In this document: piece after piece, positions 12,466 to 25,034 of the stretch
Layout of the letters: each line of letters begins with the position of its first letter
Position numbering within the stretch: the first letter of the stretch is position 1
Assembly: GCA_951406725.2 (NCBI GenBank)
Contig: OX597832.1
Coordinates: forward strand, 69,750,001-69,814,000
From: Octopus vulgaris
Taxonomy: Eukaryota
DNA: 64,000 nucleotides
Direction of reading: 5' to 3'
The notes under the pieces: generated by a model
Seen by the model: the letters and a program-made list of their open reading frames with translations, nothing else
What the model was told of the DNA's origin: nothing
Databases searched by the model: none
Position numbers and translations under genes: made by a program

Positions 12466-12496
<31 letters not shown>

Positions 12497-12659
12497 GTAT
12501 ACACATGTATATATACACACATATATATACATATGTATACATATATATACATATGTATACACATGTATATATATATATACATATATATATACATATAAAT
12601 ATTTTATTTTATTTATACTTTTAATTGTGAATTTATTTATTAATCTATGTAATTTAGTT

Positions 12660-14200
12660 GTAAAAATTTGTCTGTGGTGGGGTCAAAGGAGGCTCATTAG
12701 CCGTGGTGAAGACAATTCTTCTGGGAGAGGGACACTCTGACATAAAACCAGGTGATGGTAATCATCAGTTACCATCATTTAGTGTAATGCCTAATGACAT
12801 TTTTGGTTATTCATCTCAAGATAATCACACTGACCGCTTTGAATACCGTGTTGTGAAGGTTTCATATTCCCCAAATTGTGAGTCTTTTCAAAACCCCATA
12901 TTTTTGCTAACATATTAATTTTATGGACTTTCACATACTCACCTACCAGGTGATTATTGCACAGATTAGAAAACAGATTCAGTAATGCTCTTCCGGTCAA
13001 ATGCTTATTTGATCTTTTAAGGATTTCTTCTGCACTTCTGTCTCATCCAAATCTTTAAATGCTCAATGGCTTCTGTTATTCCACAGATGATAGTTCATCC
13101 ACTTTCTTTTCTTCCAGTCGTACGTGAATTATCAGAGCCTTTCTCCCATTAAGCACCTTCGTCGTGACTCTACTAAAATGGTTCTTACTGCATTTCTTGG
13201 ACGTTAATATGAGATATTATTGGTTCCGTGTCAATACTAAACACAGGCACTCTTTGATTATCTCTTTATTTTACTTCTAATCCTGTTTATTATTTCGTAT
13301 GCTTTATTGACCCCTTCTACTATCTCCTGTGTTGAGTCATTCATCTGTTTAATCAGTTTTCACTTCCAGGAATCTTTTATTCCTTCATCTTTTCTTCAAC
13401 AAGAAAAACATCACCACCAGCAACGACGATATTTCACCTCTATTGTGGCTTCGTTATTCAGTTATTTCTCTTTTAATGGCCATTTTACCACCTCTCAAAC
13501 TTCCAGTAATTTCCTTTTGTTCCTTTTCTGACACAACGACTTCCTACGGTTCGTCCGAAATCTATTCTCTTTTGTTTTCTTTTACATTTCTTCTACCCTG
13601 AAAACTGTAGCTACACATTCTTGTATGACATTATTCCACCCACTTTTCACGTCTACATCGTCTTGCTAGCTTCAAGCATTACAAATGCTACACAATTTTT
13701 AATTAAAAATTCATCTGTATTTCTATCGTCCTTCAACTCTTCTACAGAAAACCAGTTAATATCGTTCATATTTTCTTTACCTTTCAATCGCAACTGAATA
13801 ATTATCTCATTACAAAATTATGCTCGCTACATATATATGTACCCCCAAACCTTGTCACATTCAACGGTGATTTATTTTGCGTATTTAATTCCTATAGGAT
13901 CTTTTTTTATTACGATACTTGTGGAGAATCCCTAATACATTTACGAATATATTTCTCTTTATAAAGAATATTCCGTATGATAATATTGTTGACTACAGAG
14001 AAACTGGTTAATCTATCAGACTTTTCATTAACATTTCTAGCCCAATTAAAACTCATCAACATTGTTATATACAATCAGTTCATACATATAGATCATCAAT
14101 CACAATTTCTATATCTCTTCTTGATGTATTATCGATTACTCCTTGCAGCAATTAGTAGAGAGAAGCTTTCCATTCACCGAGTGTATTGTTTATAGCAGTA
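12660..14200 (-). mobile_element. Highly degenerate non-LTR retrotransposon relic (RTE-like)
   Basis: Fragmentary pre-RT-like text on the minus strand (ALLNLFSNLCN..., 12791-13000) and a purine-rich coding-like strand; no intact motifs. Confidence 0.35.
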
Positions 14201-15597
14201 CAATTAGACGTAACACTGGTTCTCCATTGTTCAGCTTGTGTTCTCTTAAAGAATTCTACCATTAGATAAATTTCTCCATTGAAATCTTACTCTCGAATCT
14301 ACACTATTTGCGTAAGTCCTTTTAGCTTTGATAGTTTTCGTTTCTGATGTTATAAATCCGATTAGGATTGGAGACCAAGCTACCATCACGTGAGATGCAA
14401 TCCCCAATTTCACACCGTTGATCTTAAGGCAAAATAAATCTCTGAATTTCTCACCGAATATACTCGTACTATTACATACGATTGTTGACGTCATAGTTTG
14501 GAAGAAAATATTATATTTTATTGTGGTTTGACAGACAGAAAATGTGTCAATTTAATGAGAGTAATAGATCGGGGAAATAATATGTTGAATAGTCTTGACA
14601 ATCAGTACCCACAAGAAAATGAAAATGGGAGGGGAGTGCTGCGGAAAACTGTTGTCACCTTTTTTGCTGGCTGTTATAGTTAAGTACGGTACGAAGGAAA
14701 AGTTGTTTACTTCATAGATTGAAAGAGATAAAAAATGAGTGTATGTGAAAGCCAAGTATTTATTATTCTATTTATCTAAAAGCATTAGAATTGATGTAAA
14801 TGAAATGAAATCTGTCTGGTTTGAAACCGTATCTCTCATTCAGATCTTTGCAATCCTGCGTCACTAGCTGGAAGAAATTTAGTCCTCAGCTGTTAGCCAA
14901 CCATCCTATTCGTTCGACTACAAGTTAAAGAAAGTATGACTATGGCACGCCATAAAATATAATTCGATGATAGGAAATCTGATAATACAAGTGTTGTTAG
15001 CAGAGACAAGTATTAATTGTCGACTTTTTTTAAAAAAAGAGAAATAAAAATTATGAAGACATTTTTAAAAATGAAGCATTTGTTCATTTTGAGAAGGAGA
15101 ATGGCACTCAAAAAGGTTTCATTCAAACCAAACTGTAATTTACGTGCGAATGCTTTAACGCTCATCATCTTCATTTTTATAATTCATTTGATTAGATTAG
15201 ATGCAAATGGATTCATTAGATTGTCACATGATTCACTGAACAAATGTCAAAGTGTGATGAGCTTTTTAATGCCACGAAATATTTTTCCACTGCAAGAGCA
15301 AATACTAACGGTTGTCAACACCGTCGTACATTGTCGAACCAAATACATATATCTCCACTTATTGCGGGTGTGTGGTTCCAAGAAAACTCAGTGATAAATG
15401 TGCACAGTAAAACTGTTACAAAAGGCTTGCCTCCTTGGCATGGCCAGATAATCAAGCAATTATCAGATAGCTGCAAAAACGAATAGCATGGTACTGCAGG
15501 CAGCAGGTAGGAATCCCGCTACGCATGCAAGTCTCCAGGAGCTCCAACAAAACACGTAAGAAAGAGGAAAAAATAATAGGTAGATAGACAGGCAGAT

Positions 15598-15635
<38 letters not shown>

Positions 15636-15769
15636 TGAGTGATTGACTGATTGACTGATTGATCGATTGATTGAAAGATAGATAGTGAGACCTTTGGAAA
15701 CAGGTTCTGTATGTCCTTACAGAATTAACCGGAGCAAATATAATCGGGAGCTCTGAGATGTAAAATGAA

Positions 15770-15816
<47 letters not shown>

Positions 15817-16272
15817 GAACACAGAATACTACTGGGAGAAGAAACCGTAATAGGCAGAGATAACAGAATATAAAACTAAATACGAAAACTCGTGAAATGC
15901 GATTAATAAGAAGGAAATGACAAGAACAACAACAACAACAACAACAACAACACTATCGAAGGGTAAAAGATAACTGGAGGTGCATTATTTGTACAGTCAC
16001 TTGAGTACATAGAATACGAACTGATAACACGGCAAACTTATTCTATTTCCATCATGTACTTAAAATTGTCAGTTTATTCCGATATTTCTAAATTCAACAA
16101 GATGGTGATATTGGCAGTAATGGCTACTAACTGAACCTGGTGCTTTGACAAATATTGCCATAATGCCCACCCTCACTCTCTTTCTTTCTTTCTTTCTTTC
16201 TTGAGTTCCTTTCTTTCGTTTTATGTTCTTCACATGCGTATATGTGTGTATGCGCGTATGAATGTGTGTATA

Positions 16273-16343
<71 letters not shown>

Positions 16344-16369
16344 GTGTGTGTGTGTGTGTTTAGAAGGTT

Positions 16370-17190
16370 GAAAAGGAACACACGAGTTGATATATATAAG
16401 GAAAATAAGACAAAATAGAAAATGCTAAAATAATTTTATCATGAAGAACATTTTAGTACCGGTTTCAGACTTTGCGACTTTTTCAACATGAAAAATTGTG
16501 GAAAAATTAAATAAAATGTTTTCTAAAAATATTTCCATAGTTTTTAAATGCAAGGGACATTTTCCTTTTTTCAGTCTGTGTCTGTCTTCCTTTTTTACTC
16601 TTGTGGGTTCAAGGTAGTTAGCAGCAGCTAGTTTGATATGAATTCTTGTCTTTGATTGTTTAAGCAGCAGTAGTAGTAGACAAAGGAGATGGTGAAGGGG
16701 AACCTGATATATGTATTAACCTGCTCTGGGGGTCGTGAGCAATACATAGGCCAAATCAAAAACAGTCGACATCAAAGAATGGCTCTGCACAGATCCCAGA
16801 TCAAAATTCCGAAAAGCAGAAAAATAGCATTCAGCGAACACATCGACATTTGCGCCAATAACAAACAACGCAGTTTCAGAATTTTTGCCCCTCTATCAAT
16901 TCAGGGACGATACAACCTGTAGTCAGCGCATTAATAAAGACTCATTCTTTATCACAAAATATAAACACATTTTGAATGCATCCACCACAAATGACACTAT
17001 CACCGGGTCCTTAGAATATAACACATACAAATATTAAAAACGATACATTCAAAATAGTCACTTCACATAAATTTATTCAGAACAGTTCCAATCACTACTA
17101 TTCCAATCACAACGGGTCACTTTTAGGTCACTTGACCATTTAAGAGGATCCCACCAACATCCTGCTACTGTCATACTACTCCTGCATTCT
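16370..17190 (+). mobile_element. PLE relic: GIY-YIG fragment (16689-16980) with inverted 5' extension
   Basis: NLIYVLTCSGGREQYIGQ...RMALHRSQI...SEHIDIC, then KDSFFITKYKHILN after a frameshift; HHR-like motif on the opposite strand upstream. Confidence 0.8.
16451..16495 (-). ncRNA. Degenerate hammerhead-like motif, U3-A8 core
   Basis: Reverse complement TTGAAAA-AGTCGCAAAGTCT-GAAAC-CG-GTA; stem I pairs poorly. Confidence 0.4.
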
Positions 17191-17221
17191 TCTTCTTCTT
17201 CTTCTTCTTCTTCTTCTTCTT

Positions 17222-17320
<99 letters not shown>

Positions 17321-18246
17321 TGTAGTAAAGCGAGCAGCCACATCAAAGTGGCAGATGAATGTTACTACTAGCTTAACCCCAGGCGGAATCTCTGCCAGCT
17401 GGTTTTTGGTGCTAGTTCTGCACCCTTTATGTAAAATACATCGCTAGCAGAGGGAGCGAACCCGGCCGGTCCTCTGATCCTGTATATAGAATACACACAA
17501 ACATACATATACATATATACATATTTATACATACACACACACATATATAGATCGAAACATAGATAGATACTTACATACATACATGCATACATATAGACAT
17601 ACATACATACATGATCCCATAGATGCATACATACCTGTTTTACATACATGCATACACACATACATGCACACACACATACATGCACACACACACACACACA
17701 CATGCATACATAGGCACGTACGTACGTACGTAAATACGTACATACGTGAAATGATAGAGCAATATTCAGCCTCCTTTCATTTTTTTACTTTAATATTCCT
17801 TTCTTCCTGTTTCATAGTACTTTTGTTGTTTTCTGTAAATCGTTTTTTTTTCGCCCTTCTTCCTTTCTTTCCTTATTTCTTCTCTTCATTCTTCCTATTT
17901 TCCTTTTCATTCTTCATTCCTTCTATTTTTTCACTTCCTTTCTTTATCTCGTTCATTCATCCAATGTTCACCACTTTTCTTCAACTTATTTTTGCATACT
18001 GCTTCGCTAATCATTTCTCGCTTCATTCAATATCATTCTTGTTGCTGTTGCTCTTTTGTTACTCAGCACTTTTTTTCTCGACATTCTTTAATTCTTGAAG
18101 AGAGCACTAAACCGTATTAGTATTCTGTATATATCTTATGTCATTTCCATTTCACTGGGTGCATATATATCTGCTGTGAAGAGAGATGTTATGGGTGCAA
18201 GAGAACAGGAGTCAAACACTAAAGCTTGAAGGCAACAATTATCTGA

Positions 18247-18334
<88 letters not shown>

Positions 18335-18457
18335 GACTGTCTATCTGTCTATCTGTTTGTCTGTATGTATGTCTAACTAACTAACTATCCTAAGAAAATG
18401 TAACTCAATCCTGCAACACATTTGTATTTATGTGTGTAAAAGTGCTTGTAAGTGTAT

Positions 18458-18494
<37 letters not shown>

Positions 18495-18495
18495 A

Positions 18496-18534
<39 letters not shown>

Positions 18535-18851
18535 TTTTTTAGTTATAAGTTATATTATTTATTGATATGTAGGTGGATTATGTATTTGTAATACTAAATT
18601 AAAGTTAATTAGGTATTATATTATTTGATATTTAGATTCTAAATATATATCATACATGTATATTTATTATATGGTTAGCTTATGTAAGGAGTTTGTCTAT
18701 ATTTGAAACATTTCTTATTTTGATTACAATTTAATGACTTGTATATTTGTGTATTTTATTTAATTTTAAAGTATTTAATTATTGAAGTATTATTTTATTC
18801 TTCAATTATGTATATTTAGAATTTTCATATACATATATATATATATATATA

Positions 18852-20092
18852 TATTGGCAGGGCTGGCCTGCTAGGTAGCCGGCCAGAATGCTAGAAAAAG
18901 ATCATCAGCGATCAAACTACAAGGGAAAATTCTCTAGAGGAAGAATTCAGCGAACACCAGAACCAACTTTGGCGGGCAGGACATATGAAAAATTATATAA
19001 ATAACAGACTTAAATACATACCTCGGTTTCGGTCTTAACAAAAGAATTACTTGCATAATTCAAGTGTCCGTGACTTCATCAGTACATTCGGTCCTCGAGA
19101 TGCAAACCGCAAGACTAACCCCAGCTCTCTGTGTCAAGACAGACACGTGCTTAGTCTTACTGATTACATCGGGAATAAAATTTCAAATGTCTTGGTTCCG
19201 GCGCGCTGAGAGACTCCTGTTAGTCACGGACACTTGAATTATGCAAGTAATTCTTTTGTTAAGACCGAAACCAAGGTATGCATTTAAGTCTGTTATTTAT
19301 ATAAATTTTCATATGTCCTGCCCGCCAAAGTTGGTTCTGGTGTTCGCTGAATTCTTCCTCTAGAGAATTTTCCCTTGTAGTTTGATCGTTGATGATCTTT
19401 TTCTAGCATTCTGGCCGGCTACCTAGCAGGCCAGCCCTGCCAATATACACATATATTTGAATTTTCTCTGACTCCTCAGATTTTTTGAATGCTAGACTAC
19501 TGGTTTTAAATTGATATTAAAATTAATATTAATTTATCTCCCTCAATTTTTAAATATTTAAATAAATACGTTCCCTAGTTGTAAGCACTACCCGCAGTGA
19601 ATTATTCACTGCAGCCCTTCGCTTCAGGAGTCTCTCACCGAGCCGGAACCAAGACATTTGAAATTTTATTCCCGATGTAATCAGTAAGACTAAGCACGTG
19701 TCTGTCTTGACACAGAGAGCTGGGGTTAGTCTTGCGGTTTGCATCTCGAGGACCGAATGTACTGATTAAGTCACGGACACTTGAATTATGCAAGTAATTC
19801 TTTTGTTAAGACCGAAACCGAGGTATGCATTTAAGTCTGTTATTTATATAATTTTTCATATGTCCTGCCCGCCAAAGTTGGTTCTGGTGTTCGCTGAATT
19901 CTTCCTCTAGAGAATTTTCCCTTGTAGTTTGATCGTTGATGATCTTTTTCTAGCATTCTGGCCGGCTACCTAGCAGGCCAGCCCTGCCAATATACACATA
20001 TATTTGAAATTTCTCTGACTCCTCAGATTTTTTGAATGCTAGACTACTGGTTTTAAATTGATATTAAAATTAATATTAATTTATCTCCCTCA

Positions 20093-20097
<5 letters not shown>
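18852..20097. mobile_element. PLE pseudo-LTR array: inverted copy (18852-19220), partial direct copy (19221-19548), longer direct copy (19550-20097), in (TA)n
   Basis: 19221-19548 matches 19769-20097; 18852-19200 is the reverse complement of ~19645-19993. Confidence 0.85.
19013..19088 (-). ncRNA. Type I hammerhead motif, canonical core, long stem II
   Basis: Reverse complement AATGTA-CTGATGA-AGTC...GACC-GAAAC-cgag-GTA-TGTATT; the plus-strand copy at 19756-19831 has a mutated core CTGATTA. Confidence 0.75.
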
Positions 20098-20146
<49 letters not shown>

Positions 20147-20183
20147 AAGTATATTTATTAATTAATTGTTCTATTATATTTTC

Positions 20184-20270
20184 AACCTGATGAGCGACTA
20201 TCTTTATATGCAAGTGATTTCTCTACTACTATAATCATTTCTTAAATATAGCAGCGAAACACGTGTCGTT
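20184..20270 (+). ncRNA. Type I hammerhead motif, canonical core
   Basis: AAC-CTGATGA-GCGACTAT...ATAGCAGC-GAAA-CACGTG-TC-GTT; palindromic stem III and GUC site; lies in an AT-rich insert (~20145-20520) between TA tracts. Confidence 0.75.
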
Positions 20271-20563
20271 TTTCTACCTATTATCTACATTATATTATTT
20301 TTGTAATTTACTTATTCTTAACTTTTAATTGTTATTTTAATTTTAACTTTTCTATTATATGTAATTCTCTAGATGGTGTAATTTAATTATTCATTTTGAA
20401 TTGATAAAAGGTGGGGTTTTTTCTAATATTTTATATATATATATTATATTGTGTGGAATTTGATTTAGTATTTCTAAATTGAATTCTTTTTGCTTGTAAG
20501 TTTGGATTTTATATATGAATATATATATATATATATATATTTTATACATCCTCATACATATTC

Positions 20564-20607
<44 letters not shown>

Positions 20608-20682
20608 GAATATGTATGAGTATGTATAAATATATATATATATATATATTCATATATATAATAATTATATATATATATTATA

Positions 20683-20742
<60 letters not shown>

Positions 20743-20746
20743 CATG

Positions 20747-20780
<34 letters not shown>

Positions 20781-21368
20781 TGAATATGTATGAGGATGTA
20801 TAAAATACACACACAATAAAGAATATCGCATGCGTAGATATACTACGTATTGTGTATGTATTTTATAAATGAAATCTTCGTTAACAGTGATTTGTTTGAC
20901 TGCTATATTATGCCTCGGAATATATCAAAGAACTTTAACCAACACTGATTCTAAATTTAATACCTAAAAGCAGCTAGTTTTCAGATATTGGAAACACTTG
21001 AAGAGAAGCAGAAATGATAAGCTGAAGCAGTTTCAAGCCAGTGGCTTCATAAATTACAGAGAAAAATATTAAATTTAATACATATATTGTTATAGAACAG
21101 CGGGTATCATCAAGGTATTGTCTGATAAACAAGCCACATAAAAACGCATTTCTAACATTTCCTAAAGTTTAAGTAATTACTGGTCCCGTTAACAAACGTT
21201 TCCCTTGAATGTTATTTTGTCATTCAATCATAAAACTATAAAATTTTGACAACAATGTATGTTATGGAAAAATATACTATATAAATATATATGCTAAATA
21301 TGCGCGTAAATGCAAGTGTATATGTGTGTGTGTGTATACACATATACGCTAAATACGTACGTAAATAG

Positions 21369-21434
<66 letters not shown>

Positions 21435-21783
21435 TATACATATATATATATATACATATATATACAAAGAAAATAGATTGAAAGATAGCTTCATACATGC
21501 ATAAATACATATACAGATGTGTATGATTTGATTTCATTTTGTTTTGAAAGCCCTAATAAATTTTCTGTTCAAATGTTTATCGCTGTATGTGTCCCCTGTT
21601 TATGTATTTCATTCGATTCACCTGAAATACCTCATGTTAAATATTTGAATATAGATTATCACCAAAGCATGATCTAATTGCAGAAATATCGTTGAATCAG
21701 TGTTTAAATACGTTTCTTTTCTCCGCCGATGTTTGGAATTGAGCATTCTGTCAAAGGAGAATCACATCTTTAAAAACACACAT

Positions 21784-21889
<106 letters not shown>

Positions 21890-21957
21890 CACATACATAC
21901 ATATATACTATATATACATACACACACACACACACTCTCTCTCTCTCCCTCACATGT

Positions 21958-22005
<48 letters not shown>

Positions 22006-22100
22006 GCATAATATACACGCGCACAAATATATTGATCACCATGATTGACCGCTTGCTACTAAAGCTTTTTTATTCTCTCTCTGTATATTTTCTCGTGTTC

Positions 22101-22136
22101 CTTTCTGTTGAAGAGCGTAGGCTCGAAGCGAAAAAG
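22101..22136 (+). ncRNA. Degenerate hammerhead-like motif in a PLE 3' fragment (~22030-22195)
   Basis: CTTT-CTGTTGA-A-GAGC-gtag-GCTC-GAAGC-GAA-AAAG; homologous to 2628-2665. Confidence 0.45.
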
Positions 22137-23239
22137 ACTTCCTCACCTTCCCGAGCGTTAAACTAATGCACCTGTTTTTTGTATATTCCAACTATATATA
22201 TGTGTGTGTGTGTATATGTATGTATGTATGTATCTATTTATGTATGTATGTATGTATGTATGTATGTATGTATATACCGGCATCTCAAATGTAAATGAAC
22301 GCCATCACTTCTTAAGTATTTCTTGAAAGAAAATGTTATATGCTTAATCTAGTATTGTGTTGGCATGCCTTATGCAGTTTTTAATGATTTGGTATCACAC
22401 AGATAAACCCGTATAATGACAGCTACTTACATTCGAGCCATATCTGTATAAATGAACAGACGCACACACACACTATACATATGTATATTTTGTGTGTTTT
22501 TATATATTTGTATATAGACATATAGATAGATAGATAGACACACAGACACACACAGGCACAGAGACACACACACACGTACGCATACATATATGTATATATT
22601 CATGCTTGTAAATAATTGTGTATATCTGTCAATGTGCCTCTGTATTACTATGTATAAGCTGCTAGGCAATGAATTTTCACACATATGCAATGCGACATGA
22701 AATTTTAGAGAAAAAAATTAAAGTGAAGTTGTAAATTACTTCTAAGATGTGTTGCAGCAAGAAATATTGAATAGTGTTGAAATATAAGCTATTACAGACG
22801 TGAAATATATTGGTAACTGTATCTTTTCTTACTAAAGCCACGAACAATTTTGAATTTAGGGAAGCAAAATGATCGATTGAAGCGACTATTATGCTGTATT
22901 CTGATATAAATAAAAATTGCTCTTGTATAGCAGGAAAATCAAAACTTGATAAAAAACAAAACTACGAGAAAAACAATTAAATAATATTCTTATTAAAAAT
23001 GGCGGCTGGATGACGGTAGTTTTAATATTACAAATATGGCTGTTGAAGGAAGCATGGTAGAATAATTATTTTTTATACAGGTATGGATATAAAAAAAACA
23101 TGGAAGAGCAAAACAAACGCCTCGAGAAGAAATGGTTACTAAGTTTTGCTACTATAAATTCATACACACACATACACTCATACACACACATATACATACA
23201 TAAATATATATATATGAATGTGTATGCATATGCATATAC

Positions 23240-23324
<85 letters not shown>

Positions 23325-23812
23325 TGTGTGTGTAGATAAATTACATATATCATTATGTATACACACACATACACACACATATATATATGTATGTATGTAT
23401 ATATACACACACACATATATGCTGATGTCTAAAAGTATGTAAATTCGATGTGTGTACAACAAATCTGTTTTTCTTCCATTTTACTTGAAACATGTCTTCT
23501 TGTTTTTCATTTCTTTCTTTTTCCATTTTTAAGCCATATATTTTCTTACAGTTTTGTGTTTGCGGCTTTGTACTTGGAAAACTGTTTTTTGACATTGATA
23601 AATTGTTTAGGGTAGCACCTTGAAAACACAGTTATTTTTGTCATATATTTTATTGAACTGTTTTTGTTCCTTTTTTTTCATCATGTTCTTCTTTTGAATT
23701 TAAAATAAAGAATGTTCTTTATTCATAATGTTATGCGGATCGAATGTTACACGTACCACATGCGTACGCACAAACAAACACACACACACACATGCACACA
23801 CACACACACACA

Positions 23813-23846
<34 letters not shown>

Positions 23847-24108
23847 GAAAAAATATATACTTATATATCCAGTATTCATATTTATACACACACACATTTA
23901 TATACATGCATATAGAAAGAAAAAGAGAAATATATCTATATAGATGTTTGTACGTAGGTGGGTTCGTATATGTATACACCTATATATGAGTGTGTGTGTG
24001 TGTGTGTGTGAAATGTATGTACGTCTACACAAACACATATACCAACAAATACACACACACAGACACATACACACACACACACATATACACACACATACAC
24101 ACACAGAA

Positions 24109-24140
<32 letters not shown>

Positions 24141-24544
24141 ACACGCACGCACGCACACTCACGCACAAACATAGTCTCTGAATATTTCAGTAACGGTAGC
24201 CATACTATATATTATATTTCTGCAGGTTTATCATAAACTTTGAACTATTGTGATATAATTTTTCCTTGGTGACATATTGGTGATTGTATCGTATTTGTCG
24301 TTAAAAGTTAACATTAAATGAAAAAACAAGGCGAATATGAGAAAAAGAAAAATATACGAAAATCTGTTTACCATGATTTTTTGTTTTCTTGCAGGGATGA
24401 TACTGTCTCGAAGACTCCTAAATTTAACGATATTTTACTCGTTCTACTCTTCAACAAACTATCATATCTGCTATCATTTATCCTTTGCCTTTTTCAATCA
24501 CTGGACTGTGGCCATGCTGCAGCAGTATCTTGAAAAGTTTCTAA

Positions 24545-24750
24545 GGCGGCGAGCTGACAGAAACGTTAGCACTCCGGGCGAAATGCTTAGCGCTATTTCG
24601 TCTGTCTTTACGTTCTGAGTTCAAATTACACCGAGGTCGACTTTGCTTTTCATCCTTTCCGGGTCGATAAATTGGAACTGGGGTCGATCTAATTGATTGG
24701 CCCCTTTCCCAAAAATGTCGCGCCTTTTGCCTAGAGTAGAAAAGAATATC
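24545..24750 (+). mobile_element. SINE family 2 inserted into a degenerate minus-strand SINE family 1 (24480-24900)
   Basis: GGCGGCGAGCTGACAGAAACGTTAGC A-box-like, GAGTTCAAATT B-box-like, GGTCGACTTTGCTTTTCATCCTTTCCGGGTCGATAAA body; TATCTT on both sides. Confidence 0.8.
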
Positions 24751-24953
24751 TTAAAGGGTTTTAGTGGAACAAATCGTCTCTGATTCTTATAGTTTTCTCA
24801 GGTCACGTTCTTATTTTATCTAAACCTTTTGCTGAACAATTTGGTTACAGTTAGGTAAACAAACCAATACCGTTTACAAGCGCAGCTAAAAAGGTACACA
24901 TAGACGCAGAAAGTATATATGTGTGTGTGTGTATGTGTGTGTGTTTGTGTGTA

Positions 24954-25008
<55 letters not shown>

Positions 25009-25034
25009 GTGTATGTTTGTGTGTGTGTTCTATT

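Noticed and set aside
20540-20810. Short inverted repeats (CATCCTCATACATATTCATG) among TA tracts
   Set aside because: Consistent with local slippage or fold-back in self-complementary (TA)n; no further structure
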